A stretch of 64,000 nucleotides of DNA from Eledone cirrhosa (lineage: Eukaryota): NCBI GenBank assembly GCA_964016885.1, contig OZ024740.1:422034001-422098000 (forward strand). The letters run 5' to 3'. Under the pieces are notes generated by a model. The model ran no database searches. It was not told the origin of the DNA and worked only from the letters and a program-made list of their open reading frames with translations. Positions 1-15,000 of this stretch are shown here, in pieces. Positions within the stretch are counted from its first letter, which is position 1, and each line of letters begins with the position of its first letter. The position numbers were made by a program, and so were the translations under genes.

Positions 1-3000
1 TTCCATCAGTGTTACTGGTCAACACACTTATTCCATTTGTGTTACCGGTCACCACACTTCTTCCATTGGTGTTACTGGCCACCACACTTCTTCCATCGGT
101 GTTACTGGTCAACACACTTCTTCTATCGGTGTTACTGATCACCACACTTCTTCCATTGGTGTTACCGGTCAACACACTTCTTCCATTTGTGTTACTGGTC
201 ACCACACTTCTTCCATCAGTGTTACTGGGCACCACACTTCTTCCATCGGTGTTACCGGTCACCACACTTCTTCCATCGGTGTTACTGGTTTAAGACACTT
301 CTTCCATCGGTGTTACTGGTCACCACACTTCTTCCATCAGTGTTACTGGGCACCACACTTCTTCCATCGGTGTTACCGGTCACCACACTTCTTCCATTGG
401 TGTTACTGGTCACCACACTTCTTCTATCGGTGTTACTGATCACCACACTTCTTCCATTGGTGTTACTGGTCTACACACTTCTTCCATCGGTGTTACCGGT
501 CACCACACTTCTTCCATCGGTGTTACTGGTCAACACACTTCTTCCATTCGTGTTACCGGTCAACACACTTCTTCCATCGGTGTTACTGGTCAACAGACTT
601 CTTCCATCGGTGTTACCGGTCACCACACTTCTTCCATTGGTGTTACTGGTCAACACACCTCTTCCATTGGTGTTACCGGTCAACACACTTCTTCCATTGG
701 TGTTACTGGTCCACACACTTCTTCCATTTGTGTTACTGGTCACCACACTTCTTCCATCAGTGTTACTGGCCACCACACTTCTTCCATCGGTGTTACTGGT
801 CAACACACTTCTTCTATCGGTGTTACTGATCACCACACTTCTTCCATTGGTGTTACCGGTCAACACACTTCTTCCATTTGTGTTACTGGTCACCACACTT
901 CTTCCATCAGTGTTACTGGGCACCACACTTCTTCCATCGGTGTTACTGATCACCACACTTCTTCCATTGGTGTTACTGGTCACCACACTTCTTCTATCGG
1001 TGTTACTGATCACCACACTTCTTCCATTGGTGTTACTGGTCTACACACTTCTTCCATCGGTGTTACCGGTCACCACACTTCTTCCATCGGTGTTACTGGT
1101 CAACACACTTCTTCCATTCGTGTTACCGGTCAACACACTTCTTCCATCGGTGTTACTGGTCAACAGACTTCTTCCATCGGTGTTACCGGTCACCACACTT
1201 CTTCCATTGGTGTTACTGGTCAACACACCTCTTCCATTGGTGTTACCGGTCAACACACTTCTTCCATTGGTGTTACTGGTCCACACACTTCTTCCATCGG
1301 TGTTACTGGTTTAAGACACTTCTTCCATCGGTGTTACTGGTCACCACACTTCTTCTATTGGTGTTACCGGTCACCACACTTCTTCCATTGGTCTTACTGG
1401 TCAACACACTTCTTCCATTGGTGTTACTGGTCACCACACTTCTTCCATCGGTGTTACCAGTCAACACACTTATTCCATTGGTGTTACCGATCACCACACT
1501 TCTTCTATTGGTGTTACCGGTGAGTACACTTCTTCCATCGGTGTTACTGGTCACCACACCTCTTCTATTGTTGTTTCTGGTCTACACACTTCTTCCATTG
1601 GTGTTAGTGTTCTACACACTTCTTCCATTGTTGTTACTGGTCACCACACTTCTTCCATCGGTTTTATTGTTCACCACACTTCTTCCATCGGTGTTACTGG
1701 TCACCACACTTCTTCCATTGGTGTTACTGGTCACCACACTTCTTCCATCGGTGTTACCGGTCACCACACTTCTTCCATTGTTGTTACTGGTCACCACACT
1801 TCTTCCATTGGTGTTACAGGTCCCCACACTTTTTCCATCGGTGTTACTGGTTACCACACTTCTTCTATCGGTGTTACTGGTCACCAGACTTCTTCGGTCG
1901 GTGTTACTGGTCACCACACTTCTTCCATCGGTGTTACTGGTCACCACACTTCTTCCATCGGTGTTACTGGTCACCACACTTCTTCCATTGGTGTTACCGG
2001 TCCACAGACTTCGTCCATCGGTGTTACCGGTCAACACACTTCTTCCATCGGTGTTACTGATCCACACACTTCTTCCATCGGTGTTACTGGTCCACACACT
2101 TCTTCCATTGGTGTTACTTGTCATCACAATTCTTCCCTCGGTGTTACAGATCAGCACACTTCTTCCATTGGTGTTACTGGTCACCACACTTCTTCGATTG
2201 GTGTTACTGGTCATCACACTTCTTCCATCGGTGTTACCGGTCAACACACTTCTTCAATTGGTGTTACTGATCCACACACTTCTTCCATTGGTGTTACTGG
2301 TCACCACACTTCTTCCATCGGTGTTACTGGTTACCACACTTCTTCTATCGGTGTTACTGGTCACCAGACTTCTTCCGTCGGTGTTACTGGTCACCACACT
2401 TCTTCCATCGGTGTTACTGGTCACCACACTTCTTCCATCGGTGTTACTGGTCACCACACTTCTTCCATTGGTGTTACCGGTCCACAGACTTCTTCCATCG
2501 GTGTTACCGGTCAACACACTTCTTCCATCGGTGTTACTGATCCACACACTTCTTCCATCGGTGTTACTGGTCCACACACTTCTTCCATTGGTGTTACTGG
2601 TCACCACACTTTTTCGATTGGTGTTACTGGTCATCACACTTCTTCCATCGGTGTTACCGGTCAACACACTTCTTCAATTGGTGTTACTGGTCCACACACT
2701 TCTTCCATTGGTGTTACTGGTCACCACACTTCTTCCATCGGTGTTACTGGTCAACACACTTCTTCCATCGGTGTTACTGGTCACCACACTTCTTCCATTG
2801 GTGTTACTGGTCAACACACTTCTTCCATCGGTGTTACTGGTCACCACACTTCTTCCATTGGTGTTACTGGTCACCACACTTCTTCCAATGGTGTTACCTG
2901 TCAACACACTTCTCCCATTGGTGTTACTGGTCACGTCACTCTTTCCATCAGTGTTACTGGTCAACACACTTATTCCATTTGTGTTACCGGTCACCACACT

Positions 3001-6000
3001 TCTTCCATTGGTGTTACTGGCCACCACACTTCTTCCATCGGTGTTACTGGTCAACACACTTCTTCTATCGGTGTTACTGATCACCACACTTCTTCCTTTG
3101 GTGTTACCGGTCAACACACTTCTTCCATTTGTGTTACTGGTCACCACACTTCTTCCATCAGTGTTACTGGCCACCACACTTCTTCCATCGGTGTTACTGG
3201 TCAACACACTTCTTCTATCGGTGTTACTGATCACCACACTTCTTCCATTGGTGTTACCGGTCAACACACTTCTTCCATTTGTGTTACTGGTCACCACACT
3301 TCTTCCATCAGTGTTACTGGCCACCACACTTCTTCCATCGGTGTTACTGGTCAACACACTTCTTCTATCGGTGTTACTGATCACCACACTTCTTCCATTG
3401 GTGTTACTGGTCACCACACTTCTTCTATCGGTGTTACTGATCACCACACTTCTTCCATTGGTGTTACTGGTCTACACACTTCTTCCATCGGTGTTACCGG
3501 TCACCACACTTCTTCCATTGGTGTTACTGGTCAACACACCTCTTCCATTGGTGTTACCGGTCAACACACTTCTTCCATTGGTGTTACTGGTCCACACACT
3601 TCTTCCATCGGTGTTACTGGTTTAAGACACTTCTTCCATCGGTGTTACTGGTCACCACACTTCTTCTATTGGTGTTACCGGTCACCACACTTCTTCCATT
3701 GGTCTTACTGGTCAACACATTTCTTCCATTGGTGTTACTGGTCACCACACTTCTTCCATCGGTGTTACCAGTCAACACACTTATTCCATTGGTGTTACCG
3801 ATCACCACACTTCTTCTATTGGTGTTACCGGTGAGTACACTTCTTCCATCGGTGTTACTGGTCACCACACCTCTTCTATTGTTGTTTCTGGTCTACACAC
3901 TTCTTCCATTGGTGTTAGTGTTCTACACACTTCTTCCATTGTTGTTACTGGTCACCACACTTCTTCCATCGGTTTTATTGTTCACCACACTTCTTCCATC
4001 GGTGTTAGTGGTCACCACAATTCTTCCATTGGTGTTACTGGTCACCACACTTCTTCCATCGGTGTTACCGGTCACCACACTTCTTCCATTGTTGTTACTG
4101 GTCACCACACTTCTTCCATTGGTGTTACAGGTCCCCACACTTTTTCCATCGGTGTTACTGGTTACCACACTTCTTCTATCGGTGTTACTGGTCACCAGAC
4201 TTCTTCGGTCGGTGTTACTGGTCACCACACTTCTTCCATCGGTGTTACTCGTCACCACACTTCTTCCATCGGTGTTACTGGTCACCACACTTCTTCCATT
4301 GGTGTTACCGGTCCACAGACTTCTTCCATCGGTGTTACCGGTCAACACACTTCTTCCATCGGTGTTACTGATCCACACACTTCTTCCATCGGTGTTACTG
4401 GTCCACACACTTCTTCCATTGGTGTTACTTGTCATCACAATTCTTCCCTCGGTGTTACAGATCAGCACACTTCTTCCATTGGTGTTACTGGTCACCACAC
4501 TTCTTCGATTGGTGTTACTGGTCATCACATTTCTTCCATCGGTGTTACCGGTCAACACACTTCTTCAATTGGTGTTACTGGTCCACACACTTCTTCCATT
4601 GGTGTTACTGGTCACCACACTTCTTCCATCGGTGTTACTGGTTACCACACTTCTTCTATCGGTGTTACTGGTCACCAGACTTCTTCCGTCGGTGTTACTG
4701 GTCACCACACTTCTTCCATCGGTGTTACTGGTCACCACACTTCTTCCATCGGTGTTACTGGTCACCACACTTCTTCCATTGGTGTTACCGGTCCACAGAC
4801 TTCTTCCATCGGTGTTACTGGTCACCACACTTCTTCCATCGGTGTTACTGGTCAACACACTTCTTCCATCGGTGTTACTGGTCACCACACTTCTTCCATT
4901 GGTGTTACTGGTCAACACACTTCTTCCATCGGTGTTACTGGTCACCACACTTCTTCCATTGGTGTTACTGGTCACCACACTTCTTCCAATGGTGTTACCT
5001 GTCAACACACTTCTCCCATTGGTGTTACTGGTCACGTCACTCTTTCCATCAGTGTTACTGGTCAACACACTTATTCCATTTGTGTTACCGGTCACCACAC
5101 TTCTTCCATTGGTGTTACTGGCCACCACACTTCTTCCATCGGTGTTACTGGTCAACACACTTCTTCTATCGGTGTTACTGATCACCACACTTCTTCCATT
5201 GGTGTTACCGGTCAACACACTTCTTCCATTTGTGTTACTGGTCACCACACTTCTTCCATCAGTGTTACTGGGCACCACACTTCTTCCATCGGTGTTACCG
5301 GTCACCACACTTCTTCCATCGGTGTTACTGGTTTAAGACACTTCTTCCATCGGTGTTACTGGTCACCACACTTCTTCCATCAGTGTTACTGGGCACCACA
5401 CTTCTTCCATCGGTGTTACCGGTCACCACACTTCTTCCATTGGTGTTACTGGTCACCACACTTCTTCTATCGGTGTTACTGATCACCACACTTCTTCCAT
5501 TGGTGTTACTGGTCTACACACTTCTTCCATCGGTGTTACCGGTCACCACACTTCTTCCATCGGTGTTACTGGTCAACACACTTCTTCCATTCGTGTTACC
5601 GGTCAACACACTTCTTCCATCGGTGTTACTGGTCAACAGACTTCTTCCATCGGTGTTACCGGTCACCACACTTCTTCCATTGGTGTTACTGGTCAACACA
5701 CCTCTTCCATTGGTGTTACCGGTCAACACACTTCTTCCATTGGTGTTACTGGTCCACACACTTCTTCCATTTGTGTTACTGGTCACCACACTTCTTCCAT
5801 CAGTGTTACTGGCCACCACACTTCTTCCATCGGTGTTACTGGTCAACACACTTCTTCTATCGGTGTTACTGATCACCACACTTCTTCCATTGGTGTTACC
5901 GGTCAACACACTTCTTCCATTTGTGTTACTGGTCACCACACTTCTTCCATCAGTGTTACTGGGCACCACACTTCTTCCATCGGTGTTACTGATCACCACA

Positions 6001-9000
6001 CTTCTTCCATTGGTGTTACTGGTCACCACACTTCTTCTATCGGTGTTACTGATCACCACACTTCTTCCATTGGTGTTACTGGTCTACACACTTCTTCCAT
6101 CGGTGTTACCGGTCACCACACTTCTTCCATCGGTGTTACTGGTCAACACACTTCTTCCATTCGTGTTACCGGTCAACACACTTCTTCCATCGGTGTTACT
6201 GGTCAACAGACTTCTTCCATCGGTGTTACCGGTCACCACACTTCTTCCATTGGTGTTACTGGTCAACACACCTCTTCCATTGGTGTTACCGGTCAACACA
6301 CTTCTTCCATTGGTGTTACTGGTCCACACACTTCTTCCATCGGTGTTACTGGTTTAAGACACTTCTTCCATCGGTGTTACTGGTCACCACACTTCTTCTA
6401 TTGGTGTTACCGGTCACCACACTTCTTCCATTGGTCTTACTGGTCAACACACTTCTTCCATTGGTGTTACTGGTCACCACACTTCTTCCATCGGTGTTAC
6501 CAGTCAACACACTTATTCCATTGGTGTTACCGATCACCACACTTCTTCTATTGGTGTTACCGGTGAGTACACTTCTTCCATCGGTGTTACTGGTCACCAC
6601 ACCTCTTCTATTGTTGTTTCTGGTCTACACACTTCTTCCATTGGTGTTAGTGTTCTACACACTTCTTCCATTGTTGTTACTGGTCACCACACTTCTTCCA
6701 TCGGTTTTATTGTTCACCACACTTCTTCCATCGGTGTTACTGGTCACCACACTTCTTCCATTGGTGTTACTGGTCACCACACTTCTTCCATCGGTGTTAC
6801 CGGTCACCACACTTCTTCCATTGTTGTTACTGGTCACCACACTTCTTCCATTGGTGTTACAGGTCCCCACACTTTTTCCATCGGTGTTACTGGTTACCAC
6901 ACTTCTTCTATCGGTGTTACTGGTCACCAGACTTCTTCGGTCGGTGTTACTGGTCACCACACTTCTTCCATCGGTGTTACTGGTCACCACACTTCTTCCA
7001 TCGGTGTTACTGGTCACCACACTTCTTCCATTGGTGTTACCGGTCCACAGACTTCGTCCATCGGTGTTACCGGTCAACACACTTCTTCCATCGGTGTTAC
7101 TGATCCACACACTTCTTCCATCGGTGTTACTGGTCCACACACTTCTTCCATTGGTGTTACTTGTCATGACAATTCTTCCCTCGGTGTTACAGATCAGCAC
7201 ACTTCTTCCATTGGTGTTACTGGTCACCACACTTCTTCGATTGGTGTTACTGGTCATCACACTTCTTCCATCGGTGTTACCGGTCAACACACTTCTTCAA
7301 TTGGTGTTACTGGTCCACACACTTCTTCCATTGGTGTTACTGGTCACCACACTTCTTCAATCGGTGTTACTGGTTACCACACTTCTTCTATCGGTGTTAC
7401 TGGTCAACACACTTCTTCCGTCGGTGTTACTGGTCACCACACTTCTTCCATCGGTGTTACTGGTCACCACACTTCTTCCATCGGTGTTACTGGTCACCAC
7501 ACTTCTTCCATTGGTGTTACCGGTCCACAGACTTCTTCCATCGGTGTTACCGGTCAACACACTTCTTCCATCGGTGTTACTGATCCACACACTTCTTCCA
7601 TCGGTGTTACTGGTCCACACACTTCTTCCATTGGTGTTACTGGTCACCACACTTTTTCGATTGGTGTTACTGGTCATCACACTTCTTCCATCGGTGTTAC
7701 CGGTCAACACACTTCTTCAATTGGTGTTACTGGTCCACACACTTCTTCCATTGGTGTTACTGGTCACCACACTTCTTCCATCGGTGTTACTGGTCAACAC
7801 ACTTCTTCCATCGGTGTTACTGGTCACCACACTTCTTCCATTGGTGTTACTGGTCAACACACTTCTTCCATCGGTGATACTGGTCACCACACTTCTTCCA
7901 TTGGTGTTACTGGTCACCACATTTCTTCCAATGGTGTTACCTGTCAACACACTTCTCCCATTGGTGTTACTGGTCACGTCACTCTTTCCATCAGTGTTAC
8001 TGGTCAACACACTTATTCCATTTGTGTTACCGGTCACCACACTTCTTCCATTGGTGTTACTGGCCACCACACTTCTTCCATCGGTGTTACTGGTCAACAC
8101 ACTTCTTCTATCGGTGTTACTGATCACCACACTTCTTCCATTGGTGTTACCGGTCAACACACTTCTTCCATTTGTGTTACTGGTCACCACACTTCTTCCA
8201 TCAGTGTTACTGGCCACCACACTTCTTCCATCGGTGTTACTGGTCAACACACTTCTTCTATCGGTGTTACTGATCACCACACTTCTTCCATTGGTGTTAC
8301 CGGTCAACACACTTCTTCCATTTGTGTTACTGGTCACCACACTTCTTCCATCAGTGTTACTGGCCACCACACTTCTTCCATCGGTGTTACTGATTACCAC
8401 ACTTCTTCCATTGGTGTTACTGGTCACCACACTTCTTCTATCGGTGTTACTGATCACCACACTTCTTCCATTGGTGTTACTGGTCTACACACTTCTTCCA
8501 TCGGTGTTACCGGTCACCACACTTCTTCCATCGGTGTTACTGGTCAACACACTTCTTCCATTCGTGTTACCGGTCAACACACTTCTTCCATCGGTGTTAC
8601 TGGTCAACAGACTTCTTCCATCGGTGTTACCGGTCACCACACTTCTTCCATTGGTGTTACTGGTCAACACACCTCTTCCATTGGTGTTACCGGTCAACAC
8701 ACTTCTTCCATTGGTGTTACTGGTCCACACACTTCTTCCATCGGTGTTACTGGTTTAAGACACTTCTTCCATCGGTGTTACTGGTCACCACACTTCTTCT
8801 ATTGGTGTTACCGGTCACCACACTTCTTCCATTGGTCTTACTGGTCAACACATTTCTTCCATTGGTGTTACTGGTCACCACACTTCTTCCATCGGTGTTA
8901 CCAGTCAACACACTTATTCCATTGGTGTTACCGATCACCACACTTCTTCTATTGGTGTTACCGGTGAGTACACTTCTTCCATCGGTGTTACTGGTCACCA

Positions 9001-12000
9001 CACCTCTTCTATTGTTGTTTCTGGTCTACACACTTCTTCCATTGGTGTTAGTGTTCTACACACTTCTTCCATTGTTGTTACTGGTCACCACACTTCTTCC
9101 ATCGGTTTTATTGTTCACCACACTTCTTCCATCGGTGTTAGTGGTCACCACAATTCTTCCATTGGTGTTACTGGTCACCACACTTCTTCCATCGGTGTTA
9201 CCGGTCACCACACTTCTTCCATTGTTGTTACTGGTCACCACACTTCTTCCATTGGTGTTACAGGTCCCCACACTTTTTCCATCGGTGTTACTGGTTACCA
9301 CACTTCTTCTATCGGTGTTACTGGTCACCAGACTTCTTCGGTCGGTGTTACTGGTCACCACACTTCTTCCATCGGTGTTACTCGTCACCACACTTCTTCC
9401 ATCGGTGTTACTGGTCACCACACTTCTTCCATTGGTGTTACCGGTCCACAGACTTCTTCCATCGGTGTTACCGGTCAACACACTTCTTCCATCGGTGTTA
9501 CTGATCCACACACTTCTTCCATCGGTGTTACTGGTCCACACACTTCTTCCATTGGTGTTACTTGTCATCACAATTCTTCCCTCGGTGTTACAGATCAGCA
9601 CACTTCTTCCATTGGTGTTACTGGTCACCACACTTCTTCGATTGGTGTTACTGGTCATCACATTTCTTCCATCGGTGTTACCGGTCAACACACTTCTTCA
9701 ATTGGTGTTACTGGTCCACACACTTCTTCCATTGGTGTTACTGGTCACCACACTTCTTCCATCGGTGTTACTGGTTACCACACTTCTTCTATCGGTGTTA
9801 CTGGTCACCAGACTTCTTCCGTCGGTGTTACTGGTCACCACACTTCTTCCATCGGTGTTACTGGTCACCACACTTCTTCCATCGGTGTTACTGGTCACCA
9901 CACTTCTTCCATTGGTGTTACCGGTCCACAGACTTCTTCCATCGGTGTTACTGGTCACCACACTTCTTCCATCGGTGTTACTGGTCAACACACTTCTTCC
10001 ATCGGTGTTACTGGTCACCACACTTCTTCCATTGGTGTTACTGGTCAACACACTTCTTCCATCGGTGTTACTGGTCACCACACTTCTTCCATTGGTGTTA
10101 CTGGTCACCACACTTCTTCCAATGGTGTTACCTGTCAACACACTTCTCCCATTGGTGTTACTGGTCACGTCACTCTTTCCATCAGTGTTACTGGTCAACA
10201 CACTTATTCCATTTGTGTTACCGGTCACCACACTTCTTCCATTGGTGTTACTGGCCACCACACTTCTTCCATCGGTGTTACTGGTCAACACACTTCTTCT
10301 ATCGGTGTTACTGATCACCACACTTCTTCCATTGGTGTTACCGGTCAACACACTTCTTCCATTTGTGTTACTGGTCACCACACTTCTTCCATCAGTGTTA
10401 CTGGGCACCACACTTCTTCCATCGGTGTTACCGGTCACCACACTTCTTCCATCGGTGTTACTGGTTTAAGACACTTCTTCCATCGGTGTTACTGGTCACC
10501 ACACTTCTTCCATCAGTGTTACTGGGCACCACACTTCTTCCATCGGTGTTACCGGTCACCACACTTCTTCCATTGGTGTTACTGGTCACCACACTTCTTC
10601 TATCGGTGTTACTGATCACCACACTTCTTCCATTGGTGTTACTGGTCTACACACTTCTTCCATCGGTGTTACCGGTCACCACACTTCTTCCATCGGTGTT
10701 ACTGGTCAACACACTTCTTCCATTCGTGTTACCGGTCAACACACTTCTTCCATCGGTGTTACTGGTCAACAGACTTCTTCCATCGGTGTTACCGGTCACC
10801 ACACTTCTTCCATTGGTGTTACTGGTCAACACACCTCTTCCATTGGTGTTACCGGTCAACACACTTCTTCCATTGGTGTTACTGGTCCACACACTTCTTC
10901 CATTTGTGTTACTGGTCACCACACTTCTTCCATCAGTGTTACTGGCCACCACACTTCTTCCATCGGTGTTACTGGTCAACACACTTCTTCTATCGGTGTT
11001 ACTGATCACCACACTTCTTCCATTGGTGTTACCGGTCAACACACTTCTTCCATTTGTGTTACTGGTCACCACACTTCTTCCATCAGTGTTACTGGGCACC
11101 ACACTTCTTCCATCGGTGTTACTGATCACCACACTTCTTCCATTGGTGTTACTGGTCACCACACTTCTTCTATCGGTGTTACTGATCACCACACTTCTTC
11201 CATTGGTGTTACTGGTCTACACACTTCTTCCATCGGTGTTACCGGTCACCACACTTCTTCCATCGGTGTTACTGGTCAACACACTTCTTCCATTCGTGTT
11301 ACCGGTCAACACACTTCTTCCATCGGTGTTACTGGTCAACAGACTTCTTCCATCGGTGTTACCGGTCACCACACTTCTTCCATTGGTGTTGCTGGTCAAC
11401 ACACCTCTTCCATTGGTGTTACCGGTCAACACACTTCTTCCATTGGTGTTACTGGTCCACACACTTCTTCCATCGGTGTTACTGGTTTAAGACACTTCTT
11501 CCATCGGTGTTACTGGTCACCACACTTCTTCTATTGGTGTTACCGGTCACCACACTTCTTCCATTGGTCTTACTGGTCAACACACTTCTTCCATTGGTGT
11601 TACTGGTCACCACACTTCTTCCATCGGTGTTACCAGTCAACACACTTATTCCATTGGTGTTACCGATCACCACACTTCTTCTATTGGTGTTACCGGTGAG
11701 TACACTTCTTCCATCGGTGTTACTGGTCACCACACCTCTTCTATTGTTGTTTCTGGTCTACACACTTCTTCCATTGGTGTTAGTGTTCTACACACTTCTT
11801 CCATTGTTGTTACTGGTCACCACACTTCTTCCATCGGTTTTATTGTTCACCACACTTCTTCCATCGGTGTTACTGGTCACCACACTTCTTCCATTGGTGT
11901 TACTGGTCACCACACTTCTTCCATCGGTGTTACCGGTCACCACACTTCTTCCATTGTTGTTACTGGTCACCACACTTCTTCCATTGGTGTTACAGGTCCC

Positions 12001-15000
12001 CACACTTTTTCCATCGGTGTTACTGGTTACCACACTTCTTCTATCGGTGTTACTGGTCACCAGACTTCTTCGGTCGGTGTTACTGGTCACCACACTTCTT
12101 CCATCGGTGTTACTGGTCACCACACTTCTTCCATCGGTGTTACTGGTCACCACACTTCTTCCATTGGTGTTACCGGTCCACAGACTTCGTCCATCGGTGT
12201 TACCGGTCAACACACTTCTTCCATCGGTGTTACTGATCCACACACTTCTTCCATCGGTGTTACTGGTCCACACACTTCTTCCATTGGTGTTACTTGTCAT
12301 CACAATTCTTCCCTCGGTGTTACAGATCAGCACACTTCTTCCATTGGTGTTACTGGTCACCACACTTCTTCGATTGGTGTTACTGGTCATCACACTTCTT
12401 CCATCGGTGTTACCGGTCAACACACTTCTTCAATTGGTGTTACTGATCCACACACTTCTTCCATTGGTGTTACTGGTCACCACACTTCTTCCATCGGTGT
12501 TACTGGTTACCACACTTCTTCTATCGGTGTTACTGGTCACCAGACTTCTTCCGTCGGTGTTACTGGTCACCACACTTCTTCCATCGGTGTTACTGGTCAC
12601 CACACTTCTTCCATCGGTGTTACTGGTCACCACACTTCTTCCATTGGTGTTACCGGTCCACAGACTTCTTCCATCGGTGTTACCGGTCAACACACTTCTT
12701 CCATCGGTGTTACTGATCCACACACTTCTTCCATCGGTGTTACTGGTCCACACACTTCTTCCATTGGTGTTACTGGTCACCACACTTTTTCGATTGGTGT
12801 TACTGGTCATCACACTTCTTCCATCGGTGTTACCGGTCAACACACTTCTTCAATTGGTGTTACTGGTCCACACACTTCTTCCATTGGTGTTACTGGTCAC
12901 CACACTTCTTCCATCGGTGTTACTGGTCAACACACTTCTTCCATCGGTGTTACTGGTCACCACACTTCTTCCATTGGTGTTACTGGTCAACACACTTCTT
13001 CCATCGGTGTTACTGGTCACCACACTTCTTCCATTGGTGTTACTGGTCACCACACTTCTTCCAATGGTGTTACCTGTCAACACACTTCTCCCATTGGTGT
13101 TACTGGTCACGTCACTCTTTCCATCAGTGTTACTGGTCAACACACTTATTCCATTTGTGTTACCGGTCACCACACTTCTTCCATTGGTGTTACTGGCCAC
13201 CACACTTCTTCCATCGGTGTTACTGGTCAACACACTTCTTCTATCGGTGTTACTGATCACCACACTTCTTCCTTTGGTGTTACCGGTCAACACACTTCTT
13301 CCATTTGTGTTACTGGTCACCACACTTCTTCCATCAGTGTTACTGGCCACCACACTTCTTCCATCGGTGTTACTGGTCAACACACTTCTTCTATCGGTGT
13401 TACTGATCACCACACTTCTTCCATTGGTGTTACCGGTCAACACACTTCTTCCATTTGTGTTACTGGTCACCACACTTCTTCCATCAGTGTTACTGGCCAC
13501 CACACTTCTTCCATCGGTGTTACTGGTCAACACACTTCTTCTATCGGTGTTACTGATCACCACACTTCTTCCATTGGTGTTACTGGTCACCACACTTCTT
13601 CTATCGGTGTTACTGATCACCACACTTCTTCCATTGGTGTTACTGGTCTACACACTTCTTCCATCGGTGTTACCGGTCACCACACTTCTTCCATTGGTGT
13701 TACTGGTCAACACACCTCTTCCATTGGTGTTACCGGTCAACACACTTCTTCCATTGGTGTTACTGGTCCACACACTTCTTCCATCGGTGTTACTGGTTTA
13801 AGACACTTCTTCCATCGGTGTTACTGGTCACCACACTTCTTCTATTGGTGTTACCGGTCACCACACTTCTTCCATTGGTCTTACTGGTCAACACATTTCT
13901 TCCATTGGTGTTACTGGTCACCACACTTCTTCCATCGGTGTTACCAGTCAACACACTTATTCCATTGGTGTTACCGATCACCACACTTCTTCTATTGGTG
14001 TTACCGGTGAGTACACTTCTTCCATCGGTGTTACTGGTCACCACACCTCTTCTATTGTTGTTTCTGGTCTACACACTTCTTCCATTGGTGTTAGTGTTCT
14101 ACACACTTCTTCCATTGTTGTTACTGGTCACCACACTTCTTCCATCGGTTTTATTGTTCACCACACTTCTTCCATCGGTGTTAGTGGTCACCACAATTCT
14201 TCCATTGGTGTTACTGGTCACCACACTTCTTCCATCGGTGTTACCGGTCACCACACTTCTTCCATTGTTGTTACTGGTCACCACACTTCTTCCATTGGTG
14301 TTACAGGTCCCCACACTTTTTCCATCGGTGTTACTGGTTACCACACTTCTTCTATCGGTGTTACTGGTCACCAGACTTCTTCGGTCGGTGTTACTGGTCA
14401 CCACACTTCTTCCATCGGTGTTACTCGTCACCACACTTCTTCCATCGGTGTTACTGGTCACCACACTTCTTCCATTGGTGTTACCGGTCCACAGACTTCT
14501 TCCATCGGTGTTACCGGTCAACACACTTCTTCCATCGGTGTTACTGATCCACACACTTCTTCCATCGGTGTTACTGGTCCACACACTTCTTCCATTGGTG
14601 TTACTTGTCATCACAATTCTTCCCTCGGTGTTACAGATCAGCACACTTCTTCCATTGGTGTTACTGGTCACCACACTTCTTCGATTGGTGTTACTGGTCA
14701 TCACATTTCTTCCATCGGTGTTACCGGTCAACACACTTCTTCAATTGGTGTTACTGGTCCACACACTTCTTCCATTGGTGTTACTGGTCACCACACTTCT
14801 TCCATCGGTGTTACTGGTTACCACACTTCTTCTATCGGTGTTACTGGTCACCAGACTTCTTCCGTCGGTGTTACTGGTCACCACACTTCTTCCATCGGTG
14901 TTACTGGTCACCACACTTCTTCCATCGGTGTTACTGGTCACCACACTTCTTCCATTGGTGTTACCGGTCCACAGACTTCTTCCATCGGTGTTACTGGTCA